Origin: Pseudomonadota bacterium | GTDB taxonomy: Bacteria > Bdellovibrionota_G > JALEGL01 > DATDPG01 | DNA: 23,230 nt | Assembly: GCA_043804515.1 (NCBI GenBank) | Contig: JAZDIZ010000154.1 | Location: 1-23,230, forward strand | Direction of reading: 5' to 3' | Part shown: piece after piece, positions 1 to 8,358 of the stretch | How positions within the stretch are numbered: the first letter of the stretch is position 1 | Layout of the letters: the number at the start of each line of letters is the position of its first letter | Notes under the pieces: generated by a model | What the model was told of the DNA's origin: nothing | Database searches by the model: none | The model's input: only the letters and a program-made list of their open reading frames with translations | Program-made: the position numbers and the translations under genes

Positions 1-1028
1 ACGTCAAACGGCAGCGGGTCCGTGTGGACCCAAAAAGCCGGGGCGGTGATTTCCTGCCCATCATCCTGGATCACCGGCAGTTGGTAGATCAGATTGTGCC
101 TGAAGACATTTCCTTCCTGGGGCGGACCTGTGGGGCCTTCACTGCCAGCATGAAAGATGAAAATGCAGCCGTTTCCGTATACTCGGTTTTCCTCGAACGT
201 GAGGTTCTTGGTCCCGTCTCTCAAGGTGAACATGTTCGAGATGCTCTGACTCGCCGCATACGCGGGAGTGACCCACTCCATCGAAAACGTATTGCGGCGA
301 ATGATGTTCCCGTTCGATCCAAAACTGGGCATCATGCCGCCTCCGCCGGGAATTCCCCTCACCCGGACCAGGTTGTCCTGGAAAATCGTTCCTTCGTCGC
401 GACTTAGCCAGATGAAGTGCGTGTCAGGGACATTATCCCCCAAGAACAGACTCTTTTCGAAGGTGTTGTTCTTGGCGGCCCCGCCGACTTCATTCGAGAT
501 GCGCACCTGGCTCGACTCACTGGTCTCGAAACGGCAGCCCGAAATGAGGTTGTCGGAACTCCCCCAGAGGGTAATCCCCCCCACTTTGCACGTGCATTCT
601 TCCAGGGCATCGCACTCGCCCAATACTTTATGGTTTCCTCCCAACCAGAACTCGATTCCACCGGATGTGCGGACATCCTGGATGACGGCGCCAAGATACC
701 CGTCAGCACAGGTGGAACTCCAGGTCTTGCACGGCACCGTGATCTTAGATTTGATCTCGACGGTCCCCCCGCCGTACAGCGTGACGTTGTCAGCCGCGAT
801 CGTGATTTCTCCGGTCGCTCCTGCCACGCCGTCGCCGAGACAATACGTCGCCCCTTCCTCCCCGAGCGTCACAGGAAGGCTCTGGATCGTGTGAGGATCA
901 TCGCATGTAGGCGCGGTGGGGGTGTCAACGGTCGAGGATGGACTTGTGCAGGAGGAGAAGAGGAAGAAAGCCCCTGCGGCGACACAGATGGCGATCGAGT
1001 CCGGCAGTCGCTTAAGCATATAACTCAT
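1..1028 (-). CDS. Putative lipoprotein with right-handed parallel beta-helix (pectin lyase-like/NosD-like) repeats; partial, continues past the left edge
   Basis: Not in the ORF track because it has no stop in the window. Manual translation from ATG 1028 (or 1019) stays open to base 1: MSYMLKRLPDSIAICVAAGAFFLFSSC-TSPSSTVDTPTAPTCDDPHTIQSLPVTL...ITIAADNVTL...SSDNLISGCRF...KNNTFEKS...GNIIRRNTF...NLTFEENRV...GNVFRHNLI. It has a lipobox-like FSSC and Asn-ladder repeats typical of beta-helices. Confidence 0.8.
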   Translation of the reverse strand, partial: MSYMLKRLPDSIAICVAAGAFFLFSSCTSPSSTVDTPTAPTCDDPHTIQSLPVTLGEEGATYCLGDGVAGATGEITIAADNVTLYGGGTVEIKSKITVPCKTWSSTCADGYLGAVIQDVRTSGGIEFWLGGNHKVLGECDALEECTCKVGGITLWGSSDNLISGCRFETSESSQVRISNEVGGAAKNNTFEKSLFLGDNVPDTHFIWLSRDEGTIFQDNLVRVRGIPGGGGMMPSFGSNGNIIRRNTFSMEWVTPAYAASQSISNMFTLRDGTKNLTFEENRVYGNGCIFIFHAGSEGPTGPPQEGNVFRHNLIYQLPVIQDDGQEITAPAFWVHTDPLPFD

Positions 1029-1164
1029 GTGGAGCAAGAGCCGTGCCCCGGACCCTACTCAGATATATACCTGAAATCATTGTGTAAAATCCGAAAATAC
1101 GGAGAACAACAGGCGGCTTCTTACGCTTTTTTTTGGCCGACGCGCAACTTTTTGCACACTCGAG

Positions 1165-1226
1165 AATTGGGGACACGTACCAATTAAATTGTTGTTGAAT
1201 CGCGAAATTCGTACGTGTCCCCAATT
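1165..1226. repeat. Perfect 16-bp inverted repeat (AATTGGGGACACGTAC / GTACGTGTCCCCAATT) with an AT-rich 30-bp spacer; REP/MITE-like palindrome
   Basis: Arms at 1165-1180 and 1211-1226 are exact reverse complements and extend inward to 21 bp with one mismatch. Confidence 0.85.
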
Positions 1227-1480
1227 ACCCCGTTCCTTAAATCGCCCAAAAGGAGCGGTCGGGCCTCCTCTTGCTCTGCCCGGAGAGTCCGCGTGCCTTC
1301 GACGCACTCCAAGCGGGGTGGGCCGGTGCCGGAGCGGAGGTTAGGCGCAGGATCGCCGTGAGAGAGCATGATGCGATCCGAGCCACGGAGCGAAGGCAAC
1401 GACCCAGTCCGCTTAGAGCGAGCCTGTATCGCGGCTATGTATCGGAAGTGCTCGTGTAGTAGACGCGAACGGGAACGCCT

Positions 1481-2461
1481 TTAGAACTCGTCATCCAGGC
1501 CTTTCGAGTCTTGTCCGATCTCTATGTACTCGATCGAGCTGAAGTTTTGATCGGGGGGTTTTAAGAGCCCGCTGAGCGCCTGATAGAGCGCCACGTATTC
1601 TTTCCCGAGCTTCCTTCGGTCCTGCATCTGGATTTCCTTATACGTCCTGTGGCTCGCCGTGCGGCTGGTCTGCTCGAAGTCGTACATCCGGTGCGATTGG
1701 ATCTGGATCTCGAAAAGCTGGTGCTCCCTGCGGATCACGACTTTGCGCGCCTCGTACCCGCTCTTCTTTCGGTTCGCTCCCGTGTAATCCTTTTCGTCCA
1801 CGACCACCGCCCCCTTCAACTCCCGAATGAAACGGAGCATGACCGGAATGTGCTCGTCGCCGGCCACGATGATCTTGATCCCGTAAACATCCCCCACCAT
1901 CTGGCTGAACTCGTTGTAGATCTTGTCGCGCTGGAACATGAAGTCGATGTCGAAAACCAGGTCCGCGATCTTGTAACAAATGTTGGACGTGGTTTTGATC
2001 CTCGTGAACAGAAACTGGAGCACGTCCTTCGGATCCGGTTCCGGCGTATGCCGGACAAACGAGGCGATCACGGGAACCGTCTGCCCGCACAAGGGACACT
2101 TCGGCTTGTGCGGCTCGATCAAGTGCGAGTCCGACTTCATCATCAGTTGCTCGGGTTCGGTCGGAAGGTCCGCCTCGAGTTCCACAACTCCCTCGTGGCC
2201 GGGCACCGGACAGCGGCCCCAGATGATCAGCGTGATGCGGACCTTACGGCCCGGCGCGAAGCGGTCCAGAATGAATCTGGCCAGCTCATAGAGACGGCGC
2301 TCCCCCAATTCGAGGCCTTTCGAAAAGCTTCTGCGGATGTAATCGACGTCCTTCGGCCGGATCGTGATCGGTTGCTGGTTCGCAACCGCCTGCCGGATGG
2401 CCTCCAAGATGGCGTTGATTCTCCGGTCGCGGACAACCTCGGCGAGAGGAGAAACGCTCAT
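1481..2461 (-). CDS. RelA/SpoT-like nucleotidyltransferase (small alarmone synthetase-like), divergent, with a putative Zn-binding insertion
   Basis: Synthetase motifs occur in canonical order: RIKxxxxxxxK (154-164), DVYGIKII, DYxxxxxKxSGY, EIQI, HxxYK. No hydrolase, TGS or ACT domain. The start overlaps the rpe stop (ATGA). Confidence 0.75.
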   Translation of the reverse strand: MSVSPLAEVVRDRRINAILEAIRQAVANQQPITIRPKDVDYIRRSFSKGLELGERRLYELARFILDRFAPGRKVRITLIIWGRCPVPGHEGVVELEADLPTEPEQLMMKSDSHLIEPHKPKCPLCGQTVPVIASFVRHTPEPDPKDVLQFLFTRIKTTSNICYKIADLVFDIDFMFQRDKIYNEFSQMVGDVYGIKIIVAGDEHIPVMLRFIRELKGAVVVDEKDYTGANRKKSGYEARKVVIRREHQLFEIQIQSHRMYDFEQTSRTASHRTYKEIQMQDRRKLGKEYVALYQALSGLLKPPDQNFSSIEYIEIGQDSKGLDDEF

Positions 2462-3117
2462 GAACCGCCGGAGGCCTCGCGCAATCCGCGGATGACGCCG
2501 CTGTAGTCCCGTGAACCGAAGATGGCCGAGCCCGACACGAACACGGAAGCGCCCGCCTCATGAAGATCCTTCGCGTTCTTCGGGGAGACGCCCCCGTCCA
2601 CCTCGATGAGAACTTTAGGGGCCATCCGCTCCGTTTTTTTCTTGAGCGACATCACCTTGGGAAGCATCTCGCGAAGAAACGTCTGGCCGCCGAATCCCGG
2701 ATTCACCGTCATGATCAAAACCATCTCGATGTCGTTCCAGACGTGGTCCAGAACGTACAAGGGTGTGGCGGGATTGAGCGCCACGGCCGGCCGCGCCCCT
2801 TCGCTTCGGATGAGAGCCAAGGAACGTTGAAGATGCCGCGTGGCCTCGGCGTGAACGGAAATCCAGTCGGCTCCCGCGGCCCGAAAGGCCGGAACGTACG
2901 CATCCGGGTTTTCGATCATCAGGTGAACGTCCAACGGGAGCTTGGTGATCTTGCGGATGCATTTCACAACCGGGGGCCCGATCGTGATGTTCGGGACGAA
3001 ATGCCCGTCCATCACGTCCACATGAATCCAATCCGCCCCCGCAGCCTCCACGGCCTGGATCTCGTCTTTCAGACGCGCGAAATCGCTTGAGAGGATGGAT
3101 GGTGCGATCAATGCCAT
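2458..3117 (-). CDS. rpe: Ribulose-phosphate 3-epimerase
   Basis: IAPSILS, HVDVMDGHFVPNITIG, DVHLMI, MTVNPGFGGQ and VDGG motifs. Confidence 0.98.
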   Translation of the reverse strand: MALIAPSILSSDFARLKDEIQAVEAAGADWIHVDVMDGHFVPNITIGPPVVKCIRKITKLPLDVHLMIENPDAYVPAFRAAGADWISVHAEATRHLQRSLALIRSEGARPAVALNPATPLYVLDHVWNDIEMVLIMTVNPGFGGQTFLREMLPKVMSLKKKTERMAPKVLIEVDGGVSPKNAKDLHEAGASVFVSGSAIFGSRDYSGVIRGLREASGGS

Positions 3118-3118
3118 G

Positions 3119-4081
3119 TCAGAACCCCTTCCGCCATAGTGGCCGTCCGTCCATCATGACCGCCGCCTGGCTACCGGGCGTGATCCACAAAATGAACTCG
3201 GTATTTTCCCCGGGGGTGGTCTGGAAGTCAATTGAGCGGCTTCCCTCCACGCCTTCCGATTCCAGCCATAGCTCGGCCTGGCGCTTGAACAGGCCGGGGG
3301 GGATGTGCACCACGACATGGCGGAACGAACCTCCGCCCCCCGAGGCGGTCCTTTCTACAGCGCTTGCGAGCGTAAGAACCACGGGATCGTTCGGATGGAC
3401 GATCGACCCGGGCTTCGGTTCCGCATTCAGGACCGTGCGTGGTTCCACGCCCTCCCGTTCAACGTACCGAAAGGAGCGGATCACGAACCCGTTCCGATCC
3501 AGATCCTTCAGCACATCGCTCGCACTTCGTCCGGCCAAGTCCGGCATCACGAACCGATCCCGGCAGGGTCCGTCGGAGCGCAGGAGCTGCATTTGCTCTT
3601 TTTCCACCGCGCCGCCGGGCGGCGGATCTTGAGCTACGACCGTGCCGTCGGGAATTTCGTCCGAGCAGGTGGCCGCGGAAACCACATCGGAAAGATCCGA
3701 GGATTTCAGGATCGTCCGCGCGGCATCCAACGTCAGTCCCACCAACCGGGGTGCGAGGAGCTCGCGCGCACCTTTCGACAGATAAACACCGACGGTCCGC
3801 CCGGAACGCACCCGTTCCCCGGCCGCGATCAATTGGTAGACGACGCTGCCGTCCGTATATTGGTTGTTGTACTGGGAACCCTGGATGTCGAGACGAAGGC
3901 CTTCTTGTGTCAAAAGAGCCTCCGCCTCCGTCACCGTCTTTCCCACAAGCGCCGGGACTTCGACGTCGCTCCCGCGGTGCACCAAGAACCGGACGGTGGC
4001 CGTCGCGGAAAGTCCCAAAACCAGAAAGAACAGAAGGAAATACCCGACCCGGGCTATCCATTTTGGTGCGGTCAGCTCCAT
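3119..4081 (-). CDS. Membrane-anchored PASTA-domain protein (3 PASTA repeats, no kinase or PBP domain)
   Basis: N-terminal TM helix followed by VPALVGKT, APRLVGLT and MPDLAGRS repeats with Q-x-x-P-G signatures. The likely start is ATG 4081, overlapping the fmt stop, rather than 4195. Confidence 0.88.
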   Translation of the reverse strand: MELTAPKWIARVGYFLLFFLVLGLSATATVRFLVHRGSDVEVPALVGKTVTEAEALLTQEGLRLDIQGSQYNNQYTDGSVVYQLIAAGERVRSGRTVGVYLSKGARELLAPRLVGLTLDAARTILKSSDLSDVVSAATCSDEIPDGTVVAQDPPPGGAVEKEQMQLLRSDGPCRDRFVMPDLAGRSASDVLKDLDRNGFVIRSFRYVEREGVEPRTVLNAEPKPGSIVHPNDPVVLTLASAVERTASGGGGSFRHVVVHIPPGLFKRQAELWLESEGVEGSRSIDFQTTPGENTEFILWITPGSQAAVMMDGRPLWRKGF

Positions 4082-5010
4082 CGGGCGGTATCGATACCCC
4101 GGTACCCCGACAGAAAATTCGCGGCGCTCTGCGGTTTTTTCCCTTCGCGCTGGAGCTCCAGGATCTCCAGCCAAGCATCGCGGCACGAAACCCAAAGCTT
4201 TCCCTTTTCCACAGCGAGCTCCCCGGGTTTCCGGAGCCGCACCGCGAAGGGACTCAGCCGGGAGCGGTGGATCTTGATTCTCTCCTCATTTCGCAGCGCG
4301 AAAGCCCCGGGATGGGGGTTGAACGCCATGATTTTTCGGTGCACGTTCGCGCAATTCTGCGACCAGTCGATTTTTCCCTCATTCGAGGAGATCGGCGGCG
4401 CGAGCGTCACGCGGGAAGCGTCTTGAGGCACAAAGCTCGCGTCGTCGCCCTCGATCCGATCCAGAGCTTCGATCAGCGCTTTCCCTCCCATCGCCGCCAG
4501 CCGCGCTTCGAGTTCCCCCGCCGTTTCTTCCGCCCCGATGCCGGTTTCGGCCGCAAGCAAAACGTCGCCGGCGTCCAGTTCACGGACCAGGCGCATGACG
4601 GACACGCCCGTCTTTGTGTCGCCGTGGAGGATGGCGTGCTGGATGGGCGACGCCCCCCTCCAACGGGGCAGAAGCGACGCATGAACGTTCAGCGTGAGTT
4701 GGGGAATCGCAAGAAGCGCCTCCGGGAGAATGCGCCCGTACGCCGCCACAACGAACACCCGGGCTCCCACCGCACGCACACGCTCCTGAAACTCGGCATC
4801 CTTGAGCCTTTCGGGTTGCAAGACGGGGATTCCACGCGCCTCGGCGAAGTTTTTCAAGGCACAGGCCGCAAGCCGGCGCCCTCGGCCCGCAGGCTTGTCC
4901 GTCTGTGTCACCACCAGGGGTACTTTCCGTCCGCTCTCAAGGATCGCTTCCAGCGAACGAACGGCAAACGCCGGAGAGCCGAAGAAGACAATCTCGCTGG
5001 TGCGCATCAC
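4072..5010 (-). CDS. fmt: Methionyl-tRNA formyltransferase
   Basis: FFGSPAFA, VVTQTDKPAGRG, VAAYGRIL, NVHASLLPRWRGASPI and LDAGD motifs; directly downstream of def. Confidence 0.97.
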   Translation of the reverse strand: MMRTSEIVFFGSPAFAVRSLEAILESGRKVPLVVTQTDKPAGRGRRLAACALKNFAEARGIPVLQPERLKDAEFQERVRAVGARVFVVAAYGRILPEALLAIPQLTLNVHASLLPRWRGASPIQHAILHGDTKTGVSVMRLVRELDAGDVLLAAETGIGAEETAGELEARLAAMGGKALIEALDRIEGDDASFVPQDASRVTLAPPISSNEGKIDWSQNCANVHRKIMAFNPHPGAFALRNEERIKIHRSRLSPFAVRLRKPGELAVEKGKLWVSCRDAWLEILELQREGKKPQSAANFLSGYRGIDTARWS

Positions 5011-5013
5011 GGC

Positions 5014-5553
5014 CTAGAGCGCCGGACGCCGATCCGGCGTTCCGTCCTCCGTTTTCCATTTCTTCATTTCGTTCCGATAGAGGGTCCGTTTGACGACGCT
5101 GACGTAGTTCACGAGCAGCTTTCCGTTGAGGTGATCGATCTCGTGTTGGAAGCAAATCGCGGTAAGGCCGTCCGCGTCGACCGAAAACGGGGATCCGTCG
5201 AGCAACTGCCCGCGGATTGTGACGGTTTCGGCCCGGCCCACCTCCGTATAGAAGTGGGGACAGGAAAGGCACCCTTCCTCGATCCGGGCGTTCCCTTCCT
5301 TCTTTACCAATTCCGGGTTCGCGATTTTGTAAAGGACGGGGGTCTTCGTTTCGTCCTCCTCGGGCACTTCCAGAACGATCAGGCGAATGCTTTCGCCGAT
5401 TTGCGGGGCCGCCAGCCCGATACCATTGGCGGACCGCATCGTCTCCACCATGTCCTCGGCCAGCTGCACGAGCTCCGGGCCGAAGCAGTCCGCGGGCTTC
5501 GCCGTTTTTTGGAGCCTGGGGTTCGGATACGTCAAAATAGTCCGCAGCGCCAT
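5014..5553 (-). CDS. def: Peptide deformylase
   Basis: GIGLAAPQIG, EGCLS and QHEIDHLNG motifs; start taken at ATG 5553 (MALRTILTYP). Confidence 0.97.
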   Translation of the reverse strand: MALRTILTYPNPRLQKTAKPADCFGPELVQLAEDMVETMRSANGIGLAAPQIGESIRLIVLEVPEEDETKTPVLYKIANPELVKKEGNARIEEGCLSCPHFYTEVGRAETVTIRGQLLDGSPFSVDADGLTAICFQHEIDHLNGKLLVNYVSVVKRTLYRNEMKKWKTEDGTPDRRPAL

Positions 5554-5573
5554 TGCGGCTATAATAGCCACAA
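5554..5573. promoter_or_regulatory. Putative bidirectional promoter with overlapping -10 elements (TATAAT on +, TATTAT on -)
   Basis: The 20-bp gap between divergent ATGs contains the palindrome GGCTAT-A-ATAGCC (5557-5569). The -10 hexamers lie 8 and 7 nt from the respective ATGs, and neither side has an SD sequence. Confidence 0.55.
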
Positions 5574-6857
5574 ATGCAAAGGGAAGGCATCCTCCAGCGG
5601 CTCAAAACCCGGATCGGCGAATTCCTGTTCGAGGAGCGCCGCGAACTGGGAGTTCTCGGCCGCGGAGCCCTCAATCTTCTGCGCCTCGCAAATCACCTGC
5701 TAAGGCAATTCATCGAAGACCTTTGCCCTCAAAGAGCGGCGGCCATGGCCTACACCACGGTGCTTTCGCTTGTCCCGGTCACCGCCCTGTTCGTGCTGTA
5801 TTTCAAGACGGTGGGAAAGCTGGATGCATACAACGACGTTTTTCAGGAATGGGTTCTCCGAACACTCGCCCCCGAGTCCGCGCAGAATGTGACCGTATAT
5901 CTCGACCGATTCGTCTCCAACATGCACACCAAGGCGCTCGGCACGTTCGGCGCCGCGGGCTTGATCGTGAGCGCCTACCTTCTTTTCCGGACGATCGAGC
6001 GGTCGTTGAACGACATCTGGAAAATCCGGACACACCGGTCCTTTCTCGCGCGCTTTCAGATCCTCTCCTCGCTGGTTCTGATCGTCCCCGCGTTCCTCTT
6101 CGCCTCCCTTTACGTCACCGGGATGTTCCAGAGGCTGAAATTTTTCGGCGTGCAGCAGGACCTCACGTCGCTCATGAGGACGGTGTTCCTCGCGGCTCCG
6201 TTTCTTTTGACGATTCTTCCTTTTTTCATCGTCCTGAAATGGATTCCGAACACGCGCGTCCGGTGGAGGCCGGCCCTGATCGCGGCCGCCTTTTGTTCCG
6301 TTCTTTTCGAGTTCGTCAAGAGCGGGTTCAATTTTTACGTCATGCACGTCCTGCCCGTAAACAAGATCTACGGCGCTCTGGGGCTCGTTCCGATCCTGCT
6401 CATCTGGATCTACTTCAGCTGGGTCTTGATTCTTTTCGGCGTGGAGCTCGCGTACACGATCCAGAATCTCGCGTCCCTCAACGAGCAGGCCTTCGTGAAA
6501 CGGCGCACGCTCCCCCTGGACCTGGCGATTCACGAGGAATGGGGTCTTAGGATCGTGACGGCGATGGTGGCTCGGTTCGTGCGGGGTGAAGGAGCGATCC
6601 TCAAGGAGCTTCTCGCACAGGACGTGGGCCTGCGCACGACGAATATAGAGGACCATCTTTCAGTGCTCGTCAAGGCCCGTATCGTGTCCCAGGTGGACAA
6701 CCCGGACGACCCCGGGTTCGTCTTCACGCAGCCCATCGACCGCTTGACAGTGGGGGACGTGGCAAACGCCTACCGCACGCAGTTGGGCCTTTCCCCCGTC
6801 TCGACCGAGGCTTACCTCAAACCCTTGCGTGCCCTAATTGCGGGGCAGTCGCCATAA
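5574..6857 (+). CDS. YihY/virulence factor BrkB family inner membrane protein with a C-terminal winged-helix (Rrf2-like) extension
   Basis: AAAMAYTTVLSLVP, IERSLNDIW, IYGALGLVPILLIWIYFSWVLILFGVEL motifs and about 6 TM segments; soluble C-terminal domain ending LTVGDV. Confidence 0.9.
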   Translation: MQREGILQRLKTRIGEFLFEERRELGVLGRGALNLLRLANHLLRQFIEDLCPQRAAAMAYTTVLSLVPVTALFVLYFKTVGKLDAYNDVFQEWVLRTLAPESAQNVTVYLDRFVSNMHTKALGTFGAAGLIVSAYLLFRTIERSLNDIWKIRTHRSFLARFQILSSLVLIVPAFLFASLYVTGMFQRLKFFGVQQDLTSLMRTVFLAAPFLLTILPFFIVLKWIPNTRVRWRPALIAAAFCSVLFEFVKSGFNFYVMHVLPVNKIYGALGLVPILLIWIYFSWVLILFGVELAYTIQNLASLNEQAFVKRRTLPLDLAIHEEWGLRIVTAMVARFVRGEGAILKELLAQDVGLRTTNIEDHLSVLVKARIVSQVDNPDDPGFVFTQPIDRLTVGDVANAYRTQLGLSPVSTEAYLKPLRALIAGQSP

Positions 6858-6877
6858 TTCACCGGAAAATGTGTAAG

Positions 6878-7387
6878 CTATTCCCTACTTAGAAATTCCA
6901 TTATTCCGCTCAGCACCGGCTCCACGAATTTTTTCGGCACGGGTTGTACGGAGATCAGACGCTCTCGGCCTTGCGAATCCGTACCTTGAATGAGAATCGC
7001 GTAGTGCGCGAGATCCAGGTTGTAGTACCCATCAAGACCTGAGAGCCCGGCACCTAACAATCCATAAACCACGAGGGCCGTTCCTCCGCTTCCGATACAA
7101 AACAGAAGGGCAGAGAGTGCCGCCCCGCCGGCGGGGACATTCACCAGAAGATTGTCCGGGTCACGCCAAAGATAATTCGACCGGCACCGAGCGACTGATC
7201 GCATCTCTTTGGCGTGCCAGTGCTGCTCAATTCCTGTCACGAGTTGCTGTACGCCTTGCGGGTTGGAGCGGAGGTGGTACTGCCTGGCATCGATGGTGAC
7301 GTCGGGCTTCCCGGCGGCCATTGCCGTTCCACCAGTCCCTATCAGGAGAGCCAGGAGCGCGAATACGACCAAAGTTCTGTGGTTCAT
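6878..7387 (-). CDS. Hypothetical exported/membrane protein (signal peptide plus Gly-rich hydrophobic hairpin)
   Basis: ATG 7387 is preceded by a purine-rich SD-like AAAGG. Signal peptide MNHRTLVVFALLALLIGTGGTAMA; internal GGAALSALLFCIGSGGTALVVYGLLGAGLSG segment. Confidence 0.65.
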   Translation of the reverse strand: MNHRTLVVFALLALLIGTGGTAMAAGKPDVTIDARQYHLRSNPQGVQQLVTGIEQHWHAKEMRSVARCRSNYLWRDPDNLLVNVPAGGAALSALLFCIGSGGTALVVYGLLGAGLSGLDGYYNLDLAHYAILIQGTDSQGRERLISVQPVPKKFVEPVLSGIMEFLSRE

Positions 7388-7531
7388 ACCTGTGCCTTTC
7401 TTTCCAGCAGGGCCTATCGATGCAAGATCAAGACCAAGAGGATATCCGCTAGCGTCCTGATATTCCACGCGTTTTCCCTGAGGCGTCGCTCTCGTCTCGG
7501 GACGCACGTGTCTCATCTGAGGCTGAGAAGG

Positions 7532-8245
7532 CTACTTCGTGCCGCGGCGTTGGGAGGCGAGAATGCTGCGTAAGAAAAGGGACATGTCGTTCCGGCGCGT
7601 GGGAGTGAGTTCCAGGAACTGAACGCCCACGCCTTCCACGAACTCTTTGTCGACCGTCGATTCCCCCTTGCGGATGTGCACGACTTCGGCGTCGATCATG
7701 AATTTTCGTTTCGCCGTGGGGTGCAGGATCACGATGTTGAGCGTGTCACCCAAAACGATCCCGTTCACCGGCAGCTTGAGAAAGAGTCCGCCCTTGCTCA
7801 GGTTGTCCGAGATCGCCTTCCTGGTGTCGTTGTGCGTTTTCAGCTCCACCACGATCTGCGTTTTGACACGAGGATATTTCCTGCAGCCGATTCCCCGGGC
7901 GTCCAACAGGCGGTCGATGAGCCGATCGAACGTCCGGGCCTGCCGCGCCTCCACCCTCAAAAACTGGATTCCGATTCCCGGGGCGGTTCCGAGTTGGTTG
8001 GGCTTGACGATGCGCGCCACCCTTCCGGTGGCGCGAACGGTATCCAAAGCGTTAGCAAGGCGGATTTCCATCTGGAGCCGCTCCCCGATCTTCCCGAGCG
8101 GTTCCGTGGTTTCCAGAAAAATCCCGCTTTTGCTCAGGTTTCCGGAAAACGAGAGGAGGTCGCCGCCGAAATCCTCGATCCTTACCTGAACTTTTGTTTC
8201 AATCCTGGGCTTGCCGCGACGCTCAATGATTCGAACCGCTTCCAT
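7532..8245 (-). CDS. Tandem (double) PilZ-domain protein
   Basis: Two RxxxR...NxSxxG pairs (RGKPR...NLSKSG; RKYPR...NLSKGG), each ending in G(I/V)G(I/V)QF. Confidence 0.92.
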   Translation of the reverse strand: MEAVRIIERRGKPRIETKVQVRIEDFGGDLLSFSGNLSKSGIFLETTEPLGKIGERLQMEIRLANALDTVRATGRVARIVKPNQLGTAPGIGIQFLRVEARQARTFDRLIDRLLDARGIGCRKYPRVKTQIVVELKTHNDTRKAISDNLSKGGLFLKLPVNGIVLGDTLNIVILHPTAKRKFMIDAEVVHIRKGESTVDKEFVEGVGVQFLELTPTRRNDMSLFLRSILASQRRGTK

Positions 8246-8358
8246 ACATCTAAACCGAGGTCCAATAATCCACTAACGCCAGGAAGGCGGCAAGAAAAAG
8301 GCCAAGCGCGATTAGCCAAAAATCCGGACTTTTCCAATCGATTCGGGCCAACGTCCTT

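Noticed and set aside
24..1187. Plus-strand ORFs 24-407, 268-894 and 417-1187
   Set aside because: They are antisense shadows of the minus-strand beta-helix lipoprotein and show no recognisable motifs.
1230..1480. Possible integron attC site or ncRNA (GTTAGGC at 1340, CGGAGCG(A/G)AGG repeats)
   Set aside because: No matching RYYYAAC inverse core or cassette structure, and no RNA family that I can recognise; left unassigned.
3439..5703. 754-aa plus-strand ORF
   Set aside because: Antisense to PASTA/fmt/def; low-complexity Arg/Pro-rich translation typical of high-GC shadow frames.
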